Source: a virus
Strand: one strand, 5' to 3'
DNA length: 64,000 nt
Virus record (IMG/VR): IMGVR_UViG_3300027734_000055
Span: 10,776 to 74,775 of that record
Positions 28,651-38,790 of the stretch are shown one piece after another; positions within the stretch are counted from its first letter, which is position 1, and each line of letters opens with the position of its first letter. The notes beneath the pieces were generated by a model. It made no database searches and was not told where the DNA came from. It saw only the letters and a list, made by a program, of their open reading frames with translations. A program made the position numbers and the translations under genes.

Positions 28651-29020
28651 ATTTACCTTCCCCCTGCTTATAAAATATTAAGTGTGACCACTTAACTACT
28701 GGTTTTAAATTGTACCACGACTTTGGTTTTCGTATAGTGGTATCATGAAAATGTGTTGCTCCGTAACTATAATCTACTTCTAATCTATGTAATACTCTGT
28801 ATGCTATGTTTTTATATTCTTGTCGGATCACCGAAGGTGGCTTGGTTAAACCATACCAACTAAACTGTGCTGGACGTTTCATTTCATAACATACGTTCTT
28901 GTGTTCAAACTCAGCTCTACGCATCAAAACGTAACCTACTGCGATTTGAGCTTCACGTGGTTCATGCGCCGACTCCATGTAAATGGTTGTGGCGAGGCAT
29001 AACAATGCTTGATCTAGCAT
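28634..29020 (-). CDS. Cell wall hydrolase, SleB/Hydrolase_2 family
   Basis: CLATTIYMES..EP..AQIAVG.V..R, QFSW, GATHFH and HLIFY motifs. Confidence 0.85.
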   Translation of the reverse strand: MLDQALLCLATTIYMESAHEPREAQIAVGYVLMRRAEFEHKNVCYEMKRPAQFSWYGLTKPPSVIRQEYKNIAYRVLHRLEVDYSYGATHFHDTTIRKPKSWYNLKPVVKWSHLIFYKQGEGKYARNP

Positions 29021-29048
29021 ATGTACTCCTTTTCTTTAAGAACAGGTA

Positions 29049-29399
29049 TCAGTTCTTTCTTTTGGATTGTTCTTCGATATCGTCAGAAATAAGTTTGGTG
29101 TACCCAATAATATCTAGCCAATGATCAGGCTCATTTGGGTTACCGTGTAAGATACGACCAACTTTGGTCATGATCATATCAAGCGATTCTTGTTGGGCAA
29201 AAGATAAATCCCTCCACCTTTCAGTGCCACGCATGATATTCTTTAATACTTGAATGGTTGTTGCTTTAGGTGCAAATGCCCCATGTGTTGCTTCTCTTTG
29301 TTTTAAAACGTCTACGATAGATATAGGATTACCCGCGCCCTCGTTTAAAACTGTTTTACTTCCTGTATAACTATTAAGAATTTTCTTCATTCTAGTCAT
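29049..29399 (-). CDS. DUF6378-like phage protein
   Basis: R...HG.F and K..RIL.GNP..PDHWLDIIGY motifs. Confidence 0.6.
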   Translation of the reverse strand: MTRMKKILNSYTGSKTVLNEGAGNPISIVDVLKQREATHGAFAPKATTIQVLKNIMRGTERWRDLSFAQQESLDMIMTKVGRILHGNPNEPDHWLDIIGYTKLISDDIEEQSKRKN

Positions 29400-29698
29400 T
29401 CTAACTCCTTTAGCATAGCTAATAGTTCCTGTATATTACCCTCATTTACCACGATTGCCAAGCCTTTCTGGGCAATGATCTGCTTGATGTTGTGTTTTTG
29501 CAACAACGTAGGTTCATTGTTTCCGGCCTTACATTCGATGCCAATGAAGCGTCCTTTGTAACACGCGATGATGTCAGGCACACCACTCCTACCAAATCCC
29601 GCAGTCATAGGGGAAAAGTGGTATGCACCTAGATCATCTAATATTTTCTTGACATGCTTCTTTACTTTACCTTCCGGTGTCATTTCAATATACCCCAA
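29396..29698 (-). CDS. VRR-NUC domain nuclease
   Basis: TPEGKVK, GVPDII, GIECKAG and PTLLQ motifs. Confidence 0.85.
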   Translation of the reverse strand: MGYIEMTPEGKVKKHVKKILDDLGAYHFSPMTAGFGRSGVPDIIACYKGRFIGIECKAGNNEPTLLQKHNIKQIIAQKGLAIVVNEGNIQELLAMLKELE

Positions 29699-32600
29699 CA
29701 GATTTGTAATTTATTCCAAAAAGATAATTTCTTTGTGTTTGCTACCATATAATCTGATAATGCTTTTTGAATACCCGCTTGCAATATAACTTCTCTACCC
29801 GCTTGGTTCATGTCTAATGTTAATTTGCAATCGCCTTCGTTTGTATCTTTAATGCTCACTACTTTTATGTAAGGCTTAGCCATTTGTTTCTCCTAGATTG
29901 TAGGTATCACGTTGATTTCAGATTGGCTTGATGTCCATACGCTACCCGCTTCATTACCCTCGTCATCAGACATCGCAATGATCCAATGGCCATCAGTAAA
30001 CTCAATGACAAGACCTGACTTAATCCAACCGATGTCTTCTGTTTCTCTATCGTTTAAATATCTGACACGTCGTATGGTTTTACCTACCAAGAAATTACTT
30101 GCAAGGTTTCCCCAATGTTCTCTTAGTTCTGCATTAGTATGTTCAATCACGCTTATCTGTTCCATCTTGTTTCTCCTTTAGTTTAAATCGTTCTGATCCT
30201 TTGTTTATCAAACGTGCGTATGCACTTGCGTCTTCTAACGCGCTGTCTTCGAACAGTGATTGCTCTTGTATTACGTCTTCTAATGTTCTATCCATATTAA
30301 TCCTCACATACTCCACCTACGCAGGCACGAGCGATGATCTCATTTTCTAAATCATTGTATGCGTCTGCTTGGATTAAGTGATCTCTATATTTAACGAGAC
30401 GTTCATAGAGTGTGTGGTCAGACTCTAGTACCGATGCCTTGACAACTAGACCCTTCTCGCGTGCGGTCTCGGATAATATGGTAGCTACATGGTCACTTGG
30501 TTCTACGCCCCATGTCTCTACTTGGTTTAAATATGTATCGTCCATGGATACTTCTACTACTACGCTAAACTTGGCCATGCTTTTCTCCTAATGAATTGTT
30601 TGTTCTTCTTCGTCACGCTTTTTCATTTCTTGTGCATCGATCCACGCGATTGCTTCTGTCTTACATTGTTCTATTTCGTCATCACTAAGTCGCTCTGATA
30701 TCTCTTGTGCAATTAGTACTACTTTGTTATGTGCCTCGTCTGTAGGGGCAGTGATCGCCAAGATCAGTGCGTGGGTTAGTGCTTCTCTGTCATTGTTAAT
30801 GATAGCCATGATTTACCTCATCTCAACAAAGTAATAAGCAAAAGAAATACACTGATACCCCAACCTACTATCTCACTTACAATCAATCGTCTGTATCTAG
30901 ATTTTGGTATCGTCACATATTCACTCATATATATTTCCCTTTCATAGTTTCTATAACTTGCTGATGGCGGTGTTTTAAATATCGGTTTTGTTTTCATTCT
31001 TCTTCTCCTCAAAGTTTTTTAATGATTGCATATACTGATTTGTTGCAAAGTTAATACCTCTTATTACACCGAGTCGCATAGCATCGTAGAACATCTTTGC
31101 ATCTTTTTCTTTTCGTTCTCTTTTGTGTTCGTCAGCATATGCGTAATACTCGGCCACTGCTACCTCGATAATATCCTCTTCAAACTTGCGTTTCTTTTCT
31201 TCGTTGACTTGATGTTGTGTCATCATGCCCCCCAATACTTACTATTAATTTCAGTAAACATATCTTGAATCGTTTCATCATCGAACACTTCGTTGTCAAA
31301 GTGTGACTTCGGATATCTACTCTTTAAATACTCATCTATACAAGTTCTCATCTCGTTAATACTTGGTACTCTCATATCAATACTCATTGAAAAATCCTCC
31401 TTATACCATCAAAAATACCTAGTAAATCATTAGGTTTTAAATCGTTCTTGTTAAATGAAAATGGCGTCTTCCTACCATTACCATGCACCACATACCCTGT
31501 CACTACTACTTGCTCTACTATGTATTGCTTTTCTTTTTTAGTAGTCATAACTCTTGTGTTCCTCTTCTCTTTCTTTGTTTAATAAGTATTGCTCTGTGTC
31601 ACTCATAGGTGGGTCATATACTTTACCTGAACCCCTTACCATTTGTCTATCAATTTCGTCTAGTTCTTTTTCTCTATCCATGAGGTCTTGCCCTGTTAAG
31701 AAATGGTTCTCATGGCAACAACTTAACTTGTCATTCTGTTCTGCGTAGCAATAAACACAGTAATAAACATCTTTTTCAAAGTCATCACTCATCGTCGTCC
31801 TCCTCGTATAAAGTTTTTAAGATAAACTTTGCCCATGATTCTGCTTTTTCCCCATCAATCAAGGATACAATGTCTATCCCCATATCATCGGCAACCTCGT
31901 TAGCCTCTTGTAAGTCTTTGCACTTACCTACACAATACATATCGCCCTCGTTGCTTATTCCATACCATTTACTCATCTTGTCCTCCTAGTTTAGATTTAA
32001 TTCTTTTCTTACTTCTAATTCTTTTTCCCACTTTTCTTCTTGGTGTCTTTCTTCCTCAAGTTCTGTTAAGTAGTCATCTACATATTGTGCTAGGTGTTCG
32101 GGGAAATTTATCTCTTCTTTTTTACCATCTTCCCATTCGATATCCATAACTAACTTCCATGATGTTATTCTTTTTATATCACTCATACATTTACCTCCAT
32201 GTTGTCAGCACAATTATTAAATCGTTTTGTTGCCTCGTGTCTTATGTCGTCCATGAGTTTAAGATATTCTTGTGGGTCTTCTACTCCCTCAATCTCATCG
32301 GCGTCTTGCATTGCGTTTAAGACATTCTTATATATCTCGTTGGCTCTACTCATCATCAATCACCTCGTCTATGTCATCTACCTCAAAATTAGCCGAGTCA
32401 ATTACATCTTCCTCATTAGCCGTTTCAACAAAGGTGTTGTATGCCTCGTCCTCGTTCTCTGCCTCTACTATCTTTTCATAGAATATTGTTTCTGTTGCCG
32501 TCACTAGATATTTCTTTTTCATGTTCCCTCCCTTTCAAAGTAATTCATACATTGTTCATAGATACCATTGAATAAGTCTTGTCCTAACTCTGTGTTGCAT

Positions 32601-34244
32601 GAGTTTCCGTCTTCGTCCTCTGTAATACATTTGCCTTCCAAGTCCAACAAAAATACTACATCATCATAGATTGCCTCTGCCAACTCCCCTGCTTTTTCAT
32701 TTGGTGAATTGTCTATTACTTCTGTGCCGTCAATGAGTTTCATGTTATGCCTCGTATGCTCTTAAATAATCGTCAACTGCGTCTTCTACCTTTTCACCTA
32801 TATATGAACCTTTGATGAGTTCGATGCAATCCTCGTCTGAAAATGTATAACCTCGCTTTAATGCCTCTACTTTGATTTCATCATGGGTCATATCGCTCTT
32901 ACCTAGTTTGCTTCTGTATATCTCGTTTGTGACTCGTTCTATTTCGTTAAATAGGTTCATGCTTGTGCCTCCAATGGTTTAACTTCTTCTGCCTCTGTTC
33001 CATAAATTTCCATGGTTTCGTAGTCTTCTTGGTTCTCAAACTCACCTATCTCGTTTGATTCGTGGACTTGGTTAATCGCTTCGTCCTCGGACTCGGCTTC
33101 TACATAGAACACTTCGCACTCGGTAAACGAAACTCTTCTTGGTATGCTGACTTTAAATGTTTTCATAGTGTTTCCTCCTTAAAAGATACATCACAAGTTA
33201 ACTTCCAATTATCAAAATACCCTTTTCTTTCTATACCAAACTCCATCAACTTATCTTCAAACATCTTTAGTATTTCCTCATACATATCCTCACTGATGTC
33301 CGATAGGTCTGCTTGTAGTCCGTTGTTCTCTACGAATACTTCTGCCTTTGCTTGCATTACTTCGTCTTCGATGTTGATAGTCATACTATCCTCCCTATTG
33401 ACTCCATGAATAACTCTCTTAACTGAATGTCTATGTTCTCACCTCGTCGGTGTTTCTCGTATAGCGTGGTAAAAGGTAGCCTTTCCATGACAACATAGTC
33501 CCTTTCTCGTGCTTCCTCTGCTATGTCTTCGTCATCAACTAAACCTAGATCGATTGACATATACTCGGTGTTAATTTCACCCTCGTTGCGTTTGATATCT
33601 ACTATCATAGTATTTTCCCTTTTAATAAGTCGTTAATTAAAGCTATATAGCTACTTGCCATGACTGATTTAAACTTTGGGTCAGTAAGCCCTCCTAAAAA
33701 TTGCTCGGCATCACTCGGTGTTAAAAATGCCTTTGTTAATTGTTTATTAGTATAAGAATTGTATCCACTTGCTAAAAAGACCTTAACCATGTTATTCCCC
33801 TAGTTTGCGTTGTTGAAGTTTGATGATGTGATACCCTGTGACACTTTCATATCCGAGTGTTTCTAATACTTCGTGAGGGTTTGGGTAATACCCTTCCTCT
33901 TCTTCAAACTTTTTAGCTTCTTCGTCATACTCGGTTTCCAAATCTTTATGATCTCTAAAATCTATGCTCTCGTTTACATCTGATGCGTCATAGGTGCAAC
34001 TATCCCCTACAATTACATACAACAAGTCCTCGTCTTCTTTAGGGTTCATAGAAAAACTAGCGATATCTACCCATTTAAAGTCTTCATGTTGTTGAAGGGG
34101 AACGAGGGTATAGTCCCCTATTATCTGAATATCTGCCCACTTCTGTTCACCGAATGCAAAGACTCGCTTTCCGTCTTTTTCCCATATCTCACAATCCCAC
34201 GATGACCATTTATAAGGTCTTAACATTTTTCTCTGCTTTTCCAT
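29680..34244 (-). other. Cluster of about 20 short, mostly acidic, co-oriented early hypothetical genes
   Basis: Tightly packed 60-150-aa ORFs (e.g. 29893..30165, 30297..30578, 30588..30809, 30975..31235, 31538..31792, 31785..31976, 31986..32186, 32519..32743, 32745..32960, 32957..33166, 33163..33384, 33381..33608, 33605..33790, 33792..34244), most with GGAG/GAGG Shine-Dalgarno sites. Confidence 0.7.
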
Positions 34245-34282
34245 ATTGCCTCCTAGTTAATAAAATATACTGCCTGTCACTA

Positions 34283-34310
34283 ATCATACCTATCCTATAC
34301 TATATGTCAA
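34283..34310 (-). promoter_or_regulatory. Early sigma70 promoter TTGACA-N16-TATGAT
   Basis: tgtcaa 34305-34310 and atcata 34283-34288, upstream of the early cluster. Confidence 0.65.
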
Positions 34311-34447
34311 GTAGTATTTACTAATTATATTTATAGGGGTTTTGTAGGTCGGCTTGTTTAATACTTGAGTGATCTACTAGGGTTTTACTGCCTATATACT
34401 TGACTCTTTTACTAGGTTATCTCTGCCAAAACTATGTTTACCTTTTA

Positions 34448-34931
34448 AAACAATGACTTACCTAGTTTTACTTGGTTTTGAGTCCCTCGTAAGTGCTTGA
34501 TTATAAACATGTTCTCAATGTTCTACTTTGTTAACTTTACGAATAGCTACATGGAACATGGAAATAGAGAGGAAATGAAAATGGTAAGTCCTTGTTATAT
34601 ATAAATAAATATTTTTATTATTATTATTATAATGCTTATTTTTTGTGCAATGTTCCATGTTCTTGCTCTTCGACGATAGTGATAGGGGTTTTGCTTTTCA
34701 CTGCGCAAAGAGCCTTCTTTGTCACCAAGTCTTTCCAAGTTTTACCCTCCGTCCCCTATGTTAACCGAGTAGGAACATGGGAACAAACCTTGTAAATCAA
34801 AGACTTACCTAAAAAAAGTAGGAACACAGAGTGGAACAAAGTAGGAACAAAGTGGAACATGGCTTTTCCGAGGTTAAACTTGGTCATGACTAGGGAATTC
34901 CCCGTGAGCAATTGGCTTTGATACCTGTTCC
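34448..34931. repeat. Origin-like non-coding region: GGAACA repeats, four IHF-consensus-like sites and an AT-rich tract
   Basis: GGAACA at 34553, 34772, 34780, 34821, 34833, 34844, 34854 (inverted at 34711, 34926). WATCAANNNNTTR-like sites at 34448, 34490, 34585, 34795. Confidence 0.55.
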
Positions 34932-34990
34932 CTCCCCCGTCTCGTACGATCCCCCCTAAATTAAATACTTGAGTAAAACAGTCAACTACT

Positions 34991-35023
34991 AAAAAAGAAA
35001 AAGCCCTACTTTGAATAGGGCTT
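34991..35023 (-). terminator. Rho-independent terminator (minus strand)
   Basis: AAGCCCTA/TAGGGCTT stem with an A-run on its left on the plus strand. Confidence 0.65.
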
Positions 35024-35152
35024 AGTCTCACTGAGTTAACTAGGTTTAACTCAGTTATCACGCGGGTTGACCTTGCTGACAGCGTTCACTTTGTTTAACT
35101 TGGTTAAACCGCATGAGCTGATATGTGGCCTTGAATATTAAGTAATGCATGG

Positions 35153-35320
35153 TTATGCCTCGGGGTGATTGTGTGTGAATGCTTCTTGGCCTAGTCTAAT
35201 TAGTTTAACGGCCTCCATGATAGTTAACCCGTGATGCTCGGCATACTTTTCATAGGTTAAGTAATTATTACGCCAGTCTAAATAGATATTGATTAACGTG
35301 GTTCTGTTTTCTGTAAACAT
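35153..35320 (-). CDS. Small early protein
   Basis: Likely start ATG 35320 (MFTENR) after a GGGGG Shine-Dalgarno; YLDWRNNYLT..KYAEHHG motif. Confidence 0.55.
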   Translation of the reverse strand: MFTENRTTLINIYLDWRNNYLTYEKYAEHHGLTIMEAVKLIRLGQEAFTHNHPEA

Positions 35321-35330
35321 GGTGACCCCC

Positions 35331-35651
35331 TTAGAATTGCTGAAATATAAAATGGTTAACGCCGTCAACCTCATGAGAACCTAGCAACCAAGTGTTATCT
35401 TGTAAAAAGTCCTCGACCTCCTCGCTATCTCCGACCATATCGCCGTAAGTATCTCTGACTTCTTTTTCTGATAGCTCACTAAAGCCACAGCATAGGGCGA
35501 TAACATCAAGTTCCATATCTTCACCCGCGTCAACCTCGTACTGTTCAAGGGCATTGAATAGAATCTCTAAGCCCTCATAGCTAAACTGCTCACCTCTTCC
35601 CATATCTTTAAATGCTTTTCTAAAATCATAATCGTTGATTGTCTGATACAT
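35331..35651 (-). CDS. Early hypothetical protein
   Basis: 106 aa, FSYEGL..LF..LE...ELDVIALCC; first gene after a promoter. Confidence 0.6.
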   Translation of the reverse strand: MYQTINDYDFRKAFKDMGRGEQFSYEGLEILFNALEQYEVDAGEDMELDVIALCCGFSELSEKEVRDTYGDMVGDSEEVEDFLQDNTWLLGSHEVDGVNHFIFQQF

Positions 35652-35690
35652 AATTAAACTCCCTAGTTATTAATTAAATACTACGATTCA

Positions 35691-35718
35691 AGGATACATT
35701 AATTAAAATAAATGTCAA
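35691..35718 (-). promoter_or_regulatory. Sigma70 promoter TTGACA-N16-TATCCT
   Basis: tgtcaa 35713-35718 and aggata 35691-35696. Confidence 0.5.
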
Positions 35719-35754
35719 CTAATATTTTACAATTATAAGCAAATAGATAAAAGG

Positions 35755-35790
35755 CCCCCACCTCGGACCCCTACCCACCCCCCACCCCCC
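35755..35790 (-). other. C-run/G-run tract (potential G-quadruplex on the minus strand)
   Basis: Five C runs of 5, 4, 3, 6 and 6 nt within 36 nt of an otherwise AT-rich region. Confidence 0.5.
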
Positions 35791-36069
35791 AAAAATTTTA
35801 AAAGGAATTATTTTTTATCTTCTACACTTAGACTTACACGAACGATGTAATAAAAAGTGAAATACCCCCATACCAAATAAAAAGGGTAAACAAAAAAATA
35901 TTTTGCAAAAAAAGTTGAAAGTTTAGTTAGTAAAGTTTCATTCAAAAGAAAGGAAAAGGTAAAACGAATGAAAACAAAAGGAGGGCGCAGATTTAATAGT
36001 TAGTGCATACTAAGTAGAAAGCCAAAAAATACTTAGCTTACTATGTCCTCTGATGTTGGCTTGACCGCC

Positions 36070-36411
36070 CTAGATTGCTTTTGGATCGAGGTTATAAAGC
36101 TCGCAGTAGGTATTAGACAAAGCCTTAAAAGATCTACCATGTTTATCCCAGGCCGGGTCTTTAGAAACATAGAGGGCAAGATGTGCCATCTCGTGAAGCA
36201 AAGTTGATTGAATAGTATAGAAGTGACCACATACTTCGGAGCTTATTTCGATAGCCATGTCAACTTCGTCAAAACAACCGTATATATCTATACTTTTAAT
36301 AACACGGAATTTAAGTTTACTTGCGGGAGGGAGTTTAAATTTATCGAATGGAGGCAGCTTAGCAAACGCCGTGTACAAAATAGCTAGGTATTGTGGCTTT
36401 AAAACTGTCAA
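36070..36411 (-). CDS. SprT-like zinc metalloprotease
   Basis: TLLHEMAH...H...F motif. Likely TTG start at 36411 overlapping the upstream stop. Confidence 0.7.
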   Translation of the reverse strand: MTVLKPQYLAILYTAFAKLPPFDKFKLPPASKLKFRVIKSIDIYGCFDEVDMAIEISSEVCGHFYTIQSTLLHEMAHLALYVSKDPAWDKHGRSFKALSNTYCELYNLDPKAI

Positions 36412-36530
36412 AATGAAAAAACCTGAAAGAAATACCAAGCAGTATTACCAGTAAAAACAAGTTCAGCCTCAGCGGTATGAATCCACCAAAGCAAAATCCC
36501 TGCAATAGTAATTAGAATTAAGTCTTTCAT
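36408..36530 (-). CDS. Small hydrophobic protein (40 aa, not in ORF track)
   Basis: Hand-translated MKDLILITIAGILLWWIHTAEAELVFTGNTAWYFFQVFSF. Confidence 0.4.
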   Translation of the reverse strand: MKDLILITIAGILLWWIHTAEAELVFTGNTAWYFFQVFSF

Positions 36531-36562
36531 AAGAGTATTTTACCTCTTTTTAATATAAACTA

Positions 36563-36571
36563 TGTTACAAT
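36563..36571 (+). promoter_or_regulatory. Extended -10 promoter (TGnTACAAT) for the packaging/structural arm
   Basis: TGTTACAAT about 47 nt upstream of the terS start. Confidence 0.4.
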
Positions 36572-36617
36572 CGGCAATAAAGCTGCAAATAATTTCACAA
36601 GGTGTAATCAGCGACAC

Positions 36618-37271
36618 ATGACAGACCCGAATACTCAACAAAATCAACAAGATAAACCCAATAACGACGTGGTTATTGTGCCTTTTATCGAAGAAAATAT
36701 ACCTATACCCAAGAATGCTAGGGATGCCCTACCAAGTATGACGTCGGAAGACGAAGTTATGCTCAGGGCGCAAACTATTAAAGAAGTAAGTGACATTATG
36801 GGTGAAGAAATTGTGCCAAATGCAAAAAATATTAAAGAAGCTGAAGATTTAGCACGCAAAATGGTAGAAAACCCAGGCCTAAAACAAGAATACGGTATAT
36901 ATGCTAACGAAACTGTGGCTTACTTAGGTGGGTTAGTAGGAACTTACAACCACATGATCGTAAAAGACCTAGCAGATTTGAAGTTATTCGTAGTAAATAA
37001 GTTGGTCGAAATTGTGCATCACCAAGATAGTAATATAAAAGAACAAATTACAGCATTAAGATCTATTGGTGAGGTCGATGGCATAGATGCATTTAAGAAG
37101 AAGACAGAAGTCATCCACAAAATGGAGACAATGGAAGAAGTTGAAACTGAGTTACTATCCATGTTGAAAGAATTAAAAGCGAAAGCATTATTAAAGCCTA
37201 AATCAGAAACGATAGACGCAGAAATTGTAGAAGATGACAGAGACGACACCGAAACCAAAACTGACAAGTGA
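36618..37271 (+). CDS. terS: Terminase small subunit (putative)
   Basis: Immediately upstream of and overlapping terL; ITALRSIGEVDGIDAF motif. Confidence 0.6.
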   Translation: MTDPNTQQNQQDKPNNDVVIVPFIEENIPIPKNARDALPSMTSEDEVMLRAQTIKEVSDIMGEEIVPNAKNIKEAEDLARKMVENPGLKQEYGIYANETVAYLGGLVGTYNHMIVKDLADLKLFVVNKLVEIVHHQDSNIKEQITALRSIGEVDGIDAFKKKTEVIHKMETMEEVETELLSMLKELKAKALLKPKSETIDAEIVEDDRDDTETKTDK

Positions 37272-38781
37272 GAATATTGAGGAACTAGAGTCCCTATTCC
37301 AAGTAGCAGACCCAGCGGACAAAGTTAAACTTCAAAAACTTCTTAAAACTTATAAGAGCAAGGTTGTCGAAAAATCGGGTAAAGATAATTTTTTAGATTT
37401 TATACAACATGTATACCCAGGTTACATTATAGGAGAGCACCATAGAAAACTTGCGCAAATATTTGAAGACATTGCCAATGGAATCAAGAGAAGAGTTATT
37501 GTTAATATTGCGCCACGACATGGGAAGTCTGAGCTTATCTCATATCTTGCGCCTGCTTGGTTTCTTGGAAAGTATCCTCATAAGAAAGTTATTATGGCGT
37601 CTCATACCGCTGATCTTGCTGTTAACTTTGGTCGTCGCGTTAGAAACTTGGTGGGTGCTGATGCATACAAAGATATTTTTCCACAGGTAGAACTACAAGC
37701 TGACAGTAAATCGGCATCACGATGGGGGACAAACTTTAATGGAGAATATTTTGCAATTGGTGTGGGTGGTGCCCTCGCTGGTCGCGGGGCTGATTTGTTT
37801 ATCATTGATGACCCACACTCTGAACAGGATGCTAAGCTTGGACGAGCTGATGTATTTAAGCCTGCTTGGGAGTGGTTTCAGTCTGGCCCTCTTCAACGTC
37901 TTATGCCGGGTGGCGCGATTATTGTAGTAATGACTCGGTGGTCTAAGTTAGACTTGACTGGTGAGATTGTGAACCAGATGGTGAAGCAAGAAGGTGTAGA
38001 CGAGTGGGAAGTAGTAGAGTTCCCGGCTATTATTGAGAATAAACAAGGTGAAGAAGAATCACTCTGGCCTGAATTCTGGCCACTCAAAGAACTCTTAGCA
38101 AAGAAGGCAGCGCTAGATGTTCGGTACTGGAATGCTCAGTATTTACAAAACCCGGTATCAGAAGAAGGTGCGCTAATTAAAAGAGAGTGGTGGAAGATAT
38201 GGGAAGGTGAAGATCCGCCTCAATGTGAATTCACCATTATGTCACTGGATGCCGCACAGGAAGCGACAAACAGGGCAGACTATAATGCATTAACAACTTG
38301 GGGTGTCTTTTTTAACGAAGAAACCAATAATTATAATATAATACTATTAAATAGTATTAAACAACGACTAGAGTTTCCTGAGCTTAAAGAGCTTTGTATA
38401 CAAGAGTATAAGGAATGGGAACCTGATGCGTTTTTAGTTGAAAAGAAATCTAACGGCGCTGCACTCTATCAAGAGTTTAGACGGATGGGTATTCCTGTCG
38501 GTGAATTTACACCTGGTAAAGGTCAAGATAAAATCAGTCGAGTAAATGCCGTGTCAGATCTATTTAGAAGTGGTATAGTGTGGGCTCCAGATAGACGATG
38601 GGCACATGAGGTTATAGAAGAGTGTAATGATTTCCCAAGTGGTGCTAATGACGACCTTGTAGATAGTACAACACTTGCATTAATGAGATTTAGACAAGGC
38701 GGATTTATTAGATTACCAAGTGATGAACCCGATGAAGTTTATGGATTCAGAAGCAACAGTAAAAAATTATATGCATTATAA
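37234..38781 (+). CDS. terL: Terminase large subunit
   Basis: APRHGKS Walker A, IIDDPH Walker B, MTRW, and nuclease motifs SLDAA and NDDLVDS. Confidence 0.95.
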   Translation: MTETTPKPKLTSENIEELESLFQVADPADKVKLQKLLKTYKSKVVEKSGKDNFLDFIQHVYPGYIIGEHHRKLAQIFEDIANGIKRRVIVNIAPRHGKSELISYLAPAWFLGKYPHKKVIMASHTADLAVNFGRRVRNLVGADAYKDIFPQVELQADSKSASRWGTNFNGEYFAIGVGGALAGRGADLFIIDDPHSEQDAKLGRADVFKPAWEWFQSGPLQRLMPGGAIIVVMTRWSKLDLTGEIVNQMVKQEGVDEWEVVEFPAIIENKQGEEESLWPEFWPLKELLAKKAALDVRYWNAQYLQNPVSEEGALIKREWWKIWEGEDPPQCEFTIMSLDAAQEATNRADYNALTTWGVFFNEETNNYNIILLNSIKQRLEFPELKELCIQEYKEWEPDAFLVEKKSNGAALYQEFRRMGIPVGEFTPGKGQDKISRVNAVSDLFRSGIVWAPDRRWAHEVIEECNDFPSGANDDLVDSTTLALMRFRQGGFIRLPSDEPDEVYGFRSNSKKLYAL

Positions 38782-38790
38782 GGATTAATT

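Noticed and set aside
35031-35054. CTGAGTTAA/TTAACTCAG inverted repeat as a terminator
   Set aside because: AT-rich stem with no U-tract; it could be an operator but there is no further support.
34592-35061. ORFs 34592..34795 (+) and 34756..35061 (-)
   Set aside because: Non-ATG starts, low-complexity translations and overlap with the repeat/IHF-like region suggest non-coding DNA.
14620-36530. Lysogeny module or prophage boundaries
   Set aside because: No integrase, att-like site, repressor pair or flanking host genes were recognised.
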